Origin: an uncultured Pseudomonadales bacterium | Lineage (GTDB): Bacteria; Patescibacteriota; Microgenomatia; UBA1400; CAYNMC01 | Reading direction: 5' to 3' | Assembly: GCA_964414895.1 (NCBI GenBank) | Contig: CAYPXO010000003.1 | Span: forward strand, 12,284 to 76,283 | Length of the DNA: 64,000 bases | In this document: positions 1-9,507 of the stretch, one piece after another | How positions within the stretch are numbered: position 1 is the stretch's first letter | Layout: every line of letters begins with the position of its first letter | The notes under the pieces: model-generated | What the model was told of the DNA's origin: nothing | Seen by the model: only the letters and a program-made list of their open reading frames with translations | The model's database searches: none | Program-made: the position numbers and the translations under genes

Positions 1-1684
1 AGCAGAGGCTGATCCAGAGAAGGCAAAATACAATGTTGATGCCAAGGTTTATGAAGCGGTGGAAAATAAGTGTTCCAAGCCGGGATTTGAAGTTACTATA
101 AGAATAGTAGTTTCTTCGGCAACCAAAGAGCAGGCAAAGATTCACTTGGATAATATTGTCGGTGTTTTTTCTCAATTTAACTCAGATTTGAATAAATTTA
201 CTCAAGGTAAAAGCTGGTTGAAGAAATTTTTTATGATTGATTTTATCTATCGTTATCAGCCGATTTTTGGTTCAAAGGCAATTCTTTCCTCCGAGGAGCT
301 GGCGACAATTTTTCACCTTCCCAATAAAAGCGTAGAAACTCCTCATATTTATTGGTTGGCTGCCAAAAAAGCACCGGCACCGGCTCAAATCCCTAAGCAA
401 GGACTTTTTTTGGGAATAAGCAGCTACAGAGGGATAAGAAGGCCTGTTTATATTTCCGATAAAGACAGGCAACGTCATATTTATATTATTGGGAAAACCG
501 GCACCGGCAAATCCGAACTTTTAACAGAGATGATTCTTCAGGATATCCGGGCCGGTAAAGGAGTTTGTTTTATTGACCCCCATGATACGATAGAGAAAAT
601 CTTGGAGATGATTCCCCCAGAAAGAGCAGAAGATGTGATCTATTTTGACCCTTCAGATGCTGAAAGACCAATGGGGTTAAATATGTTGGAAGCAAAGACA
701 GAGGATCAAAAGCATTTTGTAGTAACTTCGATTATCAATCTTATGTACAAACTTTATGATCCTCACAAGACAGGCATTATTGGTCCGCGCTTTGAGCATT
801 CCATTAGAAATGCGATGTTGACAGTTATGAGCGAACCGGGGGCGACTTTTGTAGAAATTGTTCGCTGTTTAACAGACAGCCGTTATGTCAAAGAGCTGCT
901 TCCTAAAGTAAAAGATCCGGTGGTCAGACGCTACTGGACCGATCAAATAGCGCAGACAGCAGACTTTCATAAATCAGAAGTATTGGACTACATTGTTTCC
1001 AAGTTCGGCCGTTTTGTCACCAATAAAATGATGAGAAACATTATTGGTCAGAGCAAGTCTGCTTTTGATTTTAGAAAAGTGATGGATCAAGGAAAGATTT
1101 TATTGATCAATTTGGCTAAGGGAAGAATTGGTGAGGAAAATTCTTCTTTTTTCGGTTTGATTTTGGTTCCCAAAATTTTGATTGCCGCTATGAGCCGCCA
1201 GGATGTTGCCGAAGCGGCTCGGCGCGATTTTTATTTGTATGTTGATGAGTTTCAGAATTTTGCTACTCCCGACTTTGCTCAGATTTTATCCGAGGCGCGA
1301 AAATATCACCTTAATTTGTGTGTGGCTAACCAGTTTATTGGTCAAATTGAAGAGGAAGTAAAAAATGCCGTTTTTGGCAATGTGGGAACATTGGCTTGCT
1401 TTCGGGTGGGAGTGACTGATGCTAATTATCTTCAGCATGAATTCCAGCCGACTTTCAGCGAGATAGACCTTATAAATGTGGAACGTTTTAATGTTTTTAT
1501 AAAAACAATTGTTGAAAATGAGCCGGTTCCTCCTTTTTCTATGGATTTAACTAAAGATATGGCCAAGATCGAAAAAATGCGCAATCCGAAAATGGCTAAA
1601 ATGATAAAACAGCTCTCTCGTCTAAAATATGGCAAAGATAGGAATATTATTGAAGCGGAGATTGCTCAACGGGCGAAATTATAA
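1..1684 (+). CDS. P-loop NTPase, TraD/VirD4/TrwB-like type IV secretion coupling-protein family. 5' partial: the frame is open back to the window start.
   Basis: Walker A GKTGTGKS. DEFQNF Walker B-like segment. ~540 aa with a C-terminal helical tail. No upstream stop codon in frame before the GTG at 59. Confidence 0.45.
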   Translation, partial: AEADPEKAKYNVDAKVYEAVENKCSKPGFEVTIRIVVSSATKEQAKIHLDNIVGVFSQFNSDLNKFTQGKSWLKKFFMIDFIYRYQPIFGSKAILSSEELATIFHLPNKSVETPHIYWLAAKKAPAPAQIPKQGLFLGISSYRGIRRPVYISDKDRQRHIYIIGKTGTGKSELLTEMILQDIRAGKGVCFIDPHDTIEKILEMIPPERAEDVIYFDPSDAERPMGLNMLEAKTEDQKHFVVTSIINLMYKLYDPHKTGIIGPRFEHSIRNAMLTVMSEPGATFVEIVRCLTDSRYVKELLPKVKDPVVRRYWTDQIAQTADFHKSEVLDYIVSKFGRFVTNKMMRNIIGQSKSAFDFRKVMDQGKILLINLAKGRIGEENSSFFGLILVPKILIAAMSRQDVAEAARRDFYLYVDEFQNFATPDFAQILSEARKYHLNLCVANQFIGQIEEEVKNAVFGNVGTLACFRVGVTDANYLQHEFQPTFSEIDLINVERFNVFIKTIVENEPVPPFSMDLTKDMAKIEKMRNPKMAKMIKQLSRLKYGKDRNIIEAEIAQRAKL

Positions 1685-1824
1685 CTAGAGTTTTAGAGTT
1701 AGAGAGTTTTAGAGTGTTAGGAAAAAACGAAAGCAAAACTAAAACTCTAACTATCTAAAACTCTAAAACTCTTTCCTCTCTGGTTGTTTTTGAGAAGAGA
1801 ATGTGGTAAAAGAAAAGGTGTAGT

Positions 1825-2016
1825 ATGAAGAAGTTAACGGTTGATTCCAGTAAATGCATTGGTTGCGGCACATGTGTTGCTTTGGCGCAGAAGTCTTTTA
1901 AAATGGCCGATAATAGTAAGGCCCAGCCAATAAATCCGCCGAGAGATGATAAAGAGGTTGTTCAGAATGCGATTGATTCTTGTCCGGTAGCCGCTATTTC
2001 TTGGAAGGAAGAGTAG
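1825..2016 (+). CDS. Small single-cluster ferredoxin (4Fe-4S)
   Basis: CIGCGTC...SCP motif in a 63 aa protein. Confidence 0.6.
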   Translation: MKKLTVDSSKCIGCGTCVALAQKSFKMADNSKAQPINPPRDDKEVVQNAIDSCPVAAISWKEE

Positions 2017-2024
2017 GGAATTTT

Positions 2025-2837
2025 ATGGAAAATAAAATTGTTTTTCCGGTAATAATCCTTCTTTTGATTGGTTCCTTTTTTGTTGGCAGTTTATGGACAA
2101 GGGTAAATTATCTCCAGAAAGAAGGAAATCCAGACTCCAGTCCTGCAGAAAATGAACAAAAGACACCTTTAGTAGAACAGGCAAAAATCCTGGGAGTTCA
2201 GGATTTTGCCAAAATTACTCAGGGCGGGGCGGCTGTTAAAGGAGACGAGAATGCGCCGGTGGTTATAGTTGAGTTTTCTGAATATCTTTGTCCTTTTTGC
2301 GGCGAGTATGTTGGAGTTGATATTATTCCCACCCATCCAATTGATGAAGGCAAGACTTATCAGAAAATTATGGATAACTTTGTCGCTACCGGCAAGGTTC
2401 GTTATATTTTTAGAGATTTTCCTGTTCATGGCGAGCCGGCAGCAAGGCGGGCAGTTGCTGCCCGTTGTGCTGGCGAACAAGGAAAATATTGGCAGTATCA
2501 CGACCTTTTATTTGAGAAACAAAATGAAGAAGTAGAGGAGAGCCAAGAAAATACGATTTTTACCCAATGGGCAGTTTCTTTGGGACTGAACGGTGAGGAG
2601 TTTGCCTCTTGTCTGCAAAAAGAAGAGCATAGAAGCCAAGTGGCAGCCGATTATAATTTAGGAATGGAGATTGCCAGAGCTGCTTGGGATGCTGGCCTTA
2701 TTGATAAAAGCCGAGTGCCTCAAAGAGAAATGGCTTCTTTAGGAACGCCAACATTTTTTATTAACGGACACCAAGTAATCGGCGCCCAATCTTATGAGGT
2801 TTTTGAGAAGATAATTGAGGAAGAACTTAAGAAATAG
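2025..2837 (+). CDS. DsbA/thioredoxin-fold thiol:disulfide oxidoreductase with an N-terminal TM anchor
   Basis: CPFC (CxxC) motif. Hydrophobic N-terminal helix. ATG at 2025 follows a GGAAGGA ribosome-binding site; the ORF track starts earlier at a TTG at 1980. Confidence 0.6.
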   Translation: MENKIVFPVIILLLIGSFFVGSLWTRVNYLQKEGNPDSSPAENEQKTPLVEQAKILGVQDFAKITQGGAAVKGDENAPVVIVEFSEYLCPFCGEYVGVDIIPTHPIDEGKTYQKIMDNFVATGKVRYIFRDFPVHGEPAARRAVAARCAGEQGKYWQYHDLLFEKQNEEVEESQENTIFTQWAVSLGLNGEEFASCLQKEEHRSQVAADYNLGMEIARAAWDAGLIDKSRVPQREMASLGTPTFFINGHQVIGAQSYEVFEKIIEEELKK

Positions 2838-2925
2838 TTAGCTTCTTTTTGTCTTTTTTTCTCCTTGACAGAGAGCTTTCTAGAGTAAATAATTTAAGTA
2901 TAAAGTTGAGTTAGAATGTTATACT

Positions 2926-3075
2926 TGTTACTCTTCGAGCGAATCCCGAGCAGAGTCGAGGGAGTAGTCGAGAAGTTTTCTCTGCTAGAGTTCTCGACTT
3001 CGCCCCGCACCGTCTGGTGCAGAGCTTCGCTCGAACAATAAAAACTAACTGGCTTGAATTTCGTAATCCACCGTC
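2926..3075. repeat. Dispersed intergenic repeat family 1, copy A (~150 bp with an internal GTCGAGAA...TTCTCGAC hairpin)
   Basis: Direct sequence similarity to 62150-62262: gttactctt(c/t)gagcg...gagtcga...gagttctcgact...ctcgaacaataaaaact(a/g)actggcttgaatt. A shorter related segment lies at 50470-50510. Confidence 0.6.
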
Positions 3076-3161
3076 CGAAGAATCCTTCGACAAGCTCAGG
3101 ACACCTCGGAGGTGTTTTAATCGTAAAATTGCGAGACTTTAGTAATTAGCGATTACAGACA

Positions 3162-4133
3162 ATGAAAATTTTTCAATTATTGCATAGTTGCATAGTTTTT
3201 TTATTTTGCAGCTATGCAGCTATGCAGCTATGCAGCTATGCGTCTCCTTCTCTTGTTTTTGCCCAAAGAGGTTTGCCTTTACCGGTTGTTTCCCCTAGCC
3301 TTTCTCCTTTGCCGGCCTCTCCTTCGGCCGAGGCAACCGAGTCGGCCAAAGAGGCAACTCCTTCTTCAATTGTGGAGAAAGTAATTGAGAAAAAGTCGGA
3401 TATTACTGAGCCGACTTCTCCGACAAAAGGCAAACTGGAGAGTTATTTGGCGGAACAAAAGCTAGCCCCCTTAAGTGTAGCTAATTTTTTAAAGCATGCT
3501 ATAAGAGAAGCAGTTAAAGAGGGCGTTCCGGCTAACACTGTGGTTTTGGTTTTGCTTTTTCCTTTGATCGCCGCAATTATTGCCTCAGTTCGCCATATCA
3601 TTGGCTTGCGCGGTTTTGGGATTTTTACCCCAGCGATGATCTCCGTTGCTTTTTTGGCGACAGGGATTATTGCCGGCCTTATCCTTTTTGGGACGATTTT
3701 GGTGGTCGCTACTCTTTCAAGAGTTATTTTACGCCGACTTCACCTGCAGTATTTACCGCGAATGGCTTTGCTTCTTTGGTTTGTTTGTCTGGGAGTGCTG
3801 GCGGTAATGTTTTTTTCTCCTTTTATTTCCCAGCCTAATTTAACGGTAGTTACGATTTTTCCTATTTTGATTATGATTTTGCTGGCAGAGAATTTTATCC
3901 GTGTTCAGCTGGGAGAAAATATGCGTGAGGCTATAAAAGTAACAACAGAGACAATTTTAATTGCCCTTTTTTGTTATTTTGTGATGGACTTGCCGGCTTT
4001 ACAAAGATTTGTTTTGCTTAATCCGGAGCTGACAGTGATAGCGATTGCCATTTATGATATTTTTATGGGGAAGTATGTTGGCTTGCGTTTAATGGAGTAT
4101 TGGCGATTTCGACAGGTTATTAAAAATGGCTAA
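3162..4133 (+). CDS. Multi-pass membrane protein with a Pro/Ser-rich N-terminal linker. Likely the 7TM partner of the RimK-like ligase system.
   Basis: C-terminal ~200 aa are hydrophobic helices. Overlaps the downstream ATP-grasp gene by 8 nt. N-terminal coding region contains a (cagctatg)x4 octamer repeat. Confidence 0.45.
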   Translation: MKIFQLLHSCIVFLFCSYAAMQLCSYASPSLVFAQRGLPLPVVSPSLSPLPASPSAEATESAKEATPSSIVEKVIEKKSDITEPTSPTKGKLESYLAEQKLAPLSVANFLKHAIREAVKEGVPANTVVLVLLFPLIAAIIASVRHIIGLRGFGIFTPAMISVAFLATGIIAGLILFGTILVVATLSRVILRRLHLQYLPRMALLLWFVCLGVLAVMFFSPFISQPNLTVVTIFPILIMILLAENFIRVQLGENMREAIKVTTETILIALFCYFVMDLPALQRFVLLNPELTVIAIAIYDIFMGKYVGLRLMEYWRFRQVIKNG

Positions 4134-5397
4134 TGTTTCTTCGATTTTGGGCCTTAATGCCCGTAATCATCTTTTTCAAGCAAGGTATAACAAGAAGAAG
4201 GCAAAAGATATTGCCAATTCCAAGCTGGCTACCAAGGAATTTTTAAACAAATATGAGATTCCCGCTCCAACTCTTCATGGAGTTTTTTCTAAACCTTCTG
4301 ATGTGCCCAAATTTGACTGGGGGAAGTTAAAAGACAATTTTGTTATTAAACCGGCCGAGGGCTACGGTGGCCAAGGAATTTTAATTATTAAGGAAAGAGT
4401 TTCCGGCGATGAGTTTATGACTATTAATAGGAGTAAAGTAGGAATTGATGATTTGAAACTTCATGTTTTGGACATTTTGGAAGGACATTATTCTCCCAGG
4501 GATTTGCCGGGAACTGCTTTTATTGAAGAGAGGATTGCTACTCATCCGGTTTTTCGCCGTTATTCTTATCAGGGCACGCCGGATATTCGCCTTTTGCTTT
4601 TTAACCGTATTCCGGTAATGGCAATGCTGAGACTGCCGACAGCCGAGTCCAATGGTAAGGCCAATCTCCACCAAGGAGCGGTTGGTTTGGGAATAGATAT
4701 GGCAACCGGCAAGACTACCCATGGGGTTTGGTATGATAGAATAGTTCGTTTAATTCCCGGCAAAAACCGTCGAGCTGAAGGACTTCAAATCCCTTCTTGG
4801 GAAGAGTTGTTGTTGATGGCAGTGAAAATCCAGCAGGCTTTCAAGGGCAAGCTGGAATATCTGGCTATTGACTTTTTTGTTGATCAAGAAAAAGGCCCTT
4901 TGGTGGTTGAGCTGACTTGCAAACCGGGTTTGAGCATCCAAATTGCCAACCTTCGCGGTTTGCGCCGGCGCTTGGAAAGGGTTGAAGGTTTGGAAGTGGA
5001 CACACCGGAAAAAGGGGTAAGGATTGCCAAGGATCTTTTTGGAGAAAGGCGAAGAAAAAGAAGAAGAGATGAACTGAAAGTTTTTGAAACGGTTAAGGTT
5101 TTAGGACCGGGAAGGAAAAAGACAGAAGTGGAAACAAAGATTGACAGCGGTGCTTTTCGCACCTCAATAGATAGAAGTTTAGCTAAAAAATTAGGGCTCT
5201 TAAAGAAGAAAAACATTTTGTTTACTACTCATTTTGAGTCCGCTTTGGGCAAGCAAAACCGGCCGGTAGTTGGACTTACCTTTTGGTTGGGCGGGAAAAA
5301 GCTGGTTACCACCGCTTCGGTGGCCAAAAGAGAGAAGTTGAGGAGAAAGCTAATCGTTGGCAGAAGAGACCTGAAAGGGTATATAATAAGGCCTTGA
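4126..5397 (+). CDS. RimK-like ATP-grasp ligase (alpha-L-glutamate ligase-related family) fused to a C-terminal retropepsin-like (RimB/Zn_protease-type) domain
   Basis: ATP-grasp fold segments (KPAEGYGGQGI, ELTCKPGLS). C-terminal KIDSGAFRTSI matches the aspartic-protease D-S/T-G-A signature. Confidence 0.55.
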   Translation: MANVSSILGLNARNHLFQARYNKKKAKDIANSKLATKEFLNKYEIPAPTLHGVFSKPSDVPKFDWGKLKDNFVIKPAEGYGGQGILIIKERVSGDEFMTINRSKVGIDDLKLHVLDILEGHYSPRDLPGTAFIEERIATHPVFRRYSYQGTPDIRLLLFNRIPVMAMLRLPTAESNGKANLHQGAVGLGIDMATGKTTHGVWYDRIVRLIPGKNRRAEGLQIPSWEELLLMAVKIQQAFKGKLEYLAIDFFVDQEKGPLVVELTCKPGLSIQIANLRGLRRRLERVEGLEVDTPEKGVRIAKDLFGERRRKRRRDELKVFETVKVLGPGRKKTEVETKIDSGAFRTSIDRSLAKKLGLLKKKNILFTTHFESALGKQNRPVVGLTFWLGGKKLVTTASVAKREKLRRKLIVGRRDLKGYIIRP

Positions 5398-6302
5398 TGC
5401 AAGAAGTTAGTTTTTTTGATTTTAAAATAGCCAATTTAAAATCTTTAGAGGAAGCTAAAGAGATTGATTTAGGCAGATTTGATCTAGTTAATGTTTGCTC
5501 CCATCTGGATTTTGGCTTCTGGCGACCCCAAAAAATTATCTGGCGACTGAAACTGGATAATCCTGACCCTTTTTCCTATATTCTCTCCAAGAAAGAAAGG
5601 AAGAAGATAAGAAAACTGCTTAAAAAGGCGGACTTTAAGGTTGAGATAAAAATTCCTTTAGAACAAGATTTATTTTTAAAATGGCTTGAAATTTATAAGA
5701 AAGTAATTGGCCAAAAAAAAAGAGGGGTTGTAAAAATTGATGGAAGTTGGCTGGCAGAGAAAAAGGAGAAAAAACAATTGACTGGAGGAATTTTTGTTTT
5801 TAAAAATGATAAGTTGAAAGGCGCTAGTTTGTTTGTTGAGCCAGAAGATGAAAAAAGATGTTTTTCTTTTGCCTATTCCGCTTATGGGACAGAGGGTGGT
5901 GATTATCACTCCTATCGTTCTTTAGTAGAGTATTATTTTATTAGAAAAGGCATTGAAGAAGGGTGTAAGTTTTTAGGGCATGGTAAAGATACCAACCTTT
6001 ATGGCATGCACTTATCAACTGGTCTTTTTGAGTTTAAGAGCCGCTATGGCTACAAACCAAATCCATATAAGGATAAAGAAACGCCGTTTGTAACTACTTT
6101 TTTTATAAACAGAGAGAAATTTTTTAAGGAAGCTCTTTTTGTTTATTTTAAAAACAGAAAACCTCGCTTAGCTCTTTTGACAGACAAACCGAAAGAGAAA
6201 ATTTTTCTCCAGAGATTTACCCATGCCGGGCTGCCGATTGACATCTTTGAGTTTTTAGAGACTTGCAGAAAAGTAAAGGAGAATTTAAGGGACGATTTAT
6301 GA
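5397..6302 (+). CDS. FemAB/BioF2-like (GNAT-fold) peptidyl/aminoacyl transferase family protein
   Basis: ATG overlaps the upstream stop (TGATG). C-terminal GLFEFKSRYGYKP resembles the Fem-family FK..FG motif. Family assignment is by motif only. Confidence 0.4.
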   Translation: MQEVSFFDFKIANLKSLEEAKEIDLGRFDLVNVCSHLDFGFWRPQKIIWRLKLDNPDPFSYILSKKERKKIRKLLKKADFKVEIKIPLEQDLFLKWLEIYKKVIGQKKRGVVKIDGSWLAEKKEKKQLTGGIFVFKNDKLKGASLFVEPEDEKRCFSFAYSAYGTEGGDYHSYRSLVEYYFIRKGIEEGCKFLGHGKDTNLYGMHLSTGLFEFKSRYGYKPNPYKDKETPFVTTFFINREKFFKEALFVYFKNRKPRLALLTDKPKEKIFLQRFTHAGLPIDIFEFLETCRKVKENLRDDL

Positions 6303-6364
6303 TAAAAAAAGAAGAATCCGTCTCTGAAAGACAGTCAAAAGTTATTTAAGAGATATATGGAATC

Positions 6365-8179
6365 ATGATGAACAATTTAAAACTTAGTGTTTTAAGTAGA
6401 AATAGAGATAAAGATAATTATGAAGAGCGTCAATTATTTTTGGCCGCCAAAAGGAACGGTTTATCTTTCGAGAAGGTGTGTATTGGCACTATAAGTGATT
6501 TGGAAGAGATTGTAGAAAAATTAGGCGATATTGTTATAGCAAGAACAACTGGGCTGGACTTGATATCTAAAAATATTTTTCTCAAAATGGTTTCAGAAGA
6601 AAAGCTCTTGGTTAACAATTTTTATTTAGACTTTCCTTTTATTTCTTATAAAAACTTTCAACAGTATTTTTTATCGATAAATTCGGATATAAGAACTATT
6701 CCCGCATTTGAATTTGCAACAAAAGTAGGTTTAAAAAAATGTATAGATGATAACAAAGAACTTACCTTTCCTATTATTATGAAGCCTAAAAAAGGAGCTC
6801 GGGGAGAAAATATTCACCTTTTAGAGAGAAGGGAAGATCCTTATAGTCTCGCAGATGATTTATCTAGTTATATTTTTCAAAATTTTATTCACAATAGGGG
6901 GGATTATAGGGTTTTTGTAGTTGGAGGAAGGGCAGTGGCCTTTATGAGGAGAGTAGCTAAAAAGGGCACTTATTTGAATAATTATTCTAAAGGGGGACGA
7001 ATTTATAAAGTGAAAGATAAGAATGTCATAAAGAGACTTTCAGATATTGCCACAAACGTTGCTGCTGTTTTTAAACTTACAATTGCAGGAATTGATATTC
7101 TTGAGGATCTCAATGGCAATTTGTACTTCATGGAATTAAACACGATTCCTCAATGGAGAGGGATAGAAAAGATTAATCCGGATATCAATGTAGCCGACGA
7201 AATAGTAAGGTTATCCATTAATTTGTATGAACGGAGAAAAGATAAAAGTATAAATGATATTTTCAGAAGAGTAAAAAGATATTATGATGATAATTATCCT
7301 CATTTATATCATAAGAAATTTCATTATTCTTCTAGACAATATCTGTGGACAGGCTCTAAAAGAGAAAAGCAGAGATTAGAGAGACTAAAGAAGGAATATG
7401 CGGGAGAAACAGAGAAAGAACGGGATAAATTGATCTCGGAATCTTTAGAAACAGACCTTCTTTCCCGGAATTATAAAGCAAAACAGATAAGACAAAGCTT
7501 CTTTAAAAAATATAAAAAATTAAGAAATTTTATTATGGCGTTGTTTAAAGTTCTGCTTGCTGAAACTATCTATAATGTAGATCTAAGAGATAGTGTATCA
7601 AAATTTATTTCCAGCCAGGAATTAATTAAACTGTATAATGACTTATATAAAGATAGGGAGGCAATTGCTTCACTTTCCACAGACGCTATTAATTATTTTT
7701 ATCTTACTCGTAATTATTTTAGAAATAACTTGAAAGATTTTGGAATACAACTTGATCCTCACTACTTTTTGGAGATTGCCCAAAAGAATTATGAAGGCAA
7801 ACCAAAGGAGTATTTAGAGTTGCAAATTTATCTTCTAACACATTGTATAATCGGAGAGTCGAGGTTCTATGCGAAGCTTGTTGACAATAAGTTTTATAAG
7901 AGAATGCTTGTCTTTTTAGAGAGCCTGATTTCAAAAAATTTTCCTTTTGTTCGCTTAGATAACAAATTTGAATTTTTAGTCTGTTGTCAGCTCTGCAACT
8001 ATAAGCCTGGCGTTGTGAGAGATTGGATTTATCAGGAAGCCCAGGGTTCTTATTCAAAGCTTGGTGATTATCTTGTTGATAGGCTTTTTTCAGGTGATGG
8101 CAAAAAGGACACTTTTATTTATTCAGAACACCGTAATGTTTTATTTTTGATGTCTCTCCAGAAATTTATGTTGAGCTAA
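6365..8179 (+). CDS. Second RimK-like ATP-grasp ligase with a ~310 aa uncharacterised alpha-helical C-terminal domain
   Basis: PIIMKPKKGARGENIHLL, YRVFVVGGRAVAFMRR, GIDILEDLNGNLYFMELN are ATP-grasp motifs. The C-terminal half shows no recognisable motif. Confidence 0.5.
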   Translation: MMNNLKLSVLSRNRDKDNYEERQLFLAAKRNGLSFEKVCIGTISDLEEIVEKLGDIVIARTTGLDLISKNIFLKMVSEEKLLVNNFYLDFPFISYKNFQQYFLSINSDIRTIPAFEFATKVGLKKCIDDNKELTFPIIMKPKKGARGENIHLLERREDPYSLADDLSSYIFQNFIHNRGDYRVFVVGGRAVAFMRRVAKKGTYLNNYSKGGRIYKVKDKNVIKRLSDIATNVAAVFKLTIAGIDILEDLNGNLYFMELNTIPQWRGIEKINPDINVADEIVRLSINLYERRKDKSINDIFRRVKRYYDDNYPHLYHKKFHYSSRQYLWTGSKREKQRLERLKKEYAGETEKERDKLISESLETDLLSRNYKAKQIRQSFFKKYKKLRNFIMALFKVLLAETIYNVDLRDSVSKFISSQELIKLYNDLYKDREAIASLSTDAINYFYLTRNYFRNNLKDFGIQLDPHYFLEIAQKNYEGKPKEYLELQIYLLTHCIIGESRFYAKLVDNKFYKRMLVFLESLISKNFPFVRLDNKFEFLVCCQLCNYKPGVVRDWIYQEAQGSYSKLGDYLVDRLFSGDGKKDTFIYSEHRNVLFLMSLQKFMLS

Positions 8180-8217
8180 TGTGGCCGAAGCGATTGTTGA
8201 TTATTTGGTTAGGACAG

Positions 8218-9507
8218 CTAAATTTTAGCAGACAAAAGCCATTGGTAAAGAGGCAATATTTCTATTTTAAGACCCTCTTGTGTTATTTCTTCTTTTTGGT
8301 TCTCAGTCAAAATAAGCCCTTTTTTTAGATTAAATTTTTTCAAAGCCTCTTTTAAGCCTTTTATCTCTCTTTGTCTATTGTCATAATCTAGAGCTTGGCA
8401 GACTTGGATTGCCCCAACGATTTTAGACTTCTCTTTTAATAAAAAATCACATTCTTTTTTATCTTTGTAATAGAAGACTTCTTTCCTTCTTCTTTTTAAT
8501 TCTAAAAATGCGAGATTTTCCAGCAAATGGCCTCTGTTTTCGGAAAACTTAAAGGCAACAACATTGACCAAACCGTTGTCTATTAGATAACTCTTTTTAG
8601 GATTAACTACCTGTTCTTTTAAAGAATAAGAAAATTTACTCACAAAAAAGAAGACAAAAATTTCCTGCAGATAATGTTGGTAGGCAACCAGAGTTTTTTT
8701 GCTTACTGGCGTCTGGGCTTTTACCCATTTTAAGAAGGAGTTTAGACTAAATAAGCTGGCTACATTAGTAGTTAAAAAGTTCATTAGAAACTTTAGAACA
8801 AGAGTATTTTCTATCTTAAATCTCTCAATCAGGTCTTTAAAGTAAATGGTAGAAAAATACTCGGAGAGGATTTCTTTTTTGGTTTCTGGCTCCAAAACTA
8901 CTTCTGGAAAGCCGCCAAATTTGAGATACTCTTCAAAGCTTTTTTTGACAGTAAAGCGTTTTTTGCTTAAAGGAAGAGTATTAAGATTGTAGTCTATTTC
9001 TTTTGCCTTTAAAAATTCTGAAAAAGAAAAGGGAAAAAGGAAGAAAGTTAGAGTTCTCCCTCTAAGCTGGGTGGCTATTTCTCGGCTTAAAAGTTTTGAA
9101 GAAGAGCCAGTTAGAAATATCTTAAGTCTTTTCGTCTCATAGATTCTTCTTACGAACAACTCCCATTCTTTTGCTTGTTGAATTTCATCGAGAAATATGA
9201 AGGTTTCTTTTTCTTTTTGCTCAGGATAAAGTTCGAAATAAGCTTCAAGTAGAGCTTCAAAGTCAGAAATCTCGAAAGGGAAGATACGTTCATCTTCAAA
9301 ATTGAAATACAGAACTTTTTTTCTATCTTTAATTTTTTTTATTAGCTGATAGAAATAATAGGTTTTTCCTACCCTTCTTGGGCCAACCAAAGTAATAATT
9401 TTATTTACTTTTTTAGGCAAAACAAATTCTTCTCTTTCTATCAACGAAGGTAAGGGGGTTTCATAGAATTCAATAAGAATTTTTTTAAAAATATCTTTTT
9501 TATTCAT
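8218..9507 (-). CDS. AAA-family ATPase (AAA_14 + DUF4143 type ATP-binding protein)
   Basis: Walker A GPRRVGKT and Walker B FIFLDEIQ. Typical ~430 aa architecture. Confidence 0.6.
   Translation of the reverse strand: MNKKDIFKKILIEFYETPLPSLIEREEFVLPKKVNKIITLVGPRRVGKTYYFYQLIKKIKDRKKVLYFNFEDERIFPFEISDFEALLEAYFELYPEQKEKETFIFLDEIQQAKEWELFVRRIYETKRLKIFLTGSSSKLLSREIATQLRGRTLTFFLFPFSFSEFLKAKEIDYNLNTLPLSKKRFTVKKSFEEYLKFGGFPEVVLEPETKKEILSEYFSTIYFKDLIERFKIENTLVLKFLMNFLTTNVASLFSLNSFLKWVKAQTPVSKKTLVAYQHYLQEIFVFFFVSKFSYSLKEQVVNPKKSYLIDNGLVNVVAFKFSENRGHLLENLAFLELKRRRKEVFYYKDKKECDFLLKEKSKIVGAIQVCQALDYDNRQREIKGLKEALKKFNLKKGLILTENQKEEITQEGLKIEILPLYQWLLSAKI

Noticed and set aside
272-478. Many short antisense or overlapping ORFs in the six-frame track (for example 272-478, 2169-2535, 4381-5216, 10450-11302, 12253-12992, 15254-16422, 17867-18460, 26803-27808, 28502-29376)
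   Set aside because: They lie wholly inside well-supported genes on the opposite strand or in another frame. They are low-complexity and lack start context.
1689-1774. Possible CRISPR array, because of repeated gttttagag words
   Set aside because: No regular repeat-spacer periodicity and no cas genes. The words form the two arms of one hairpin.
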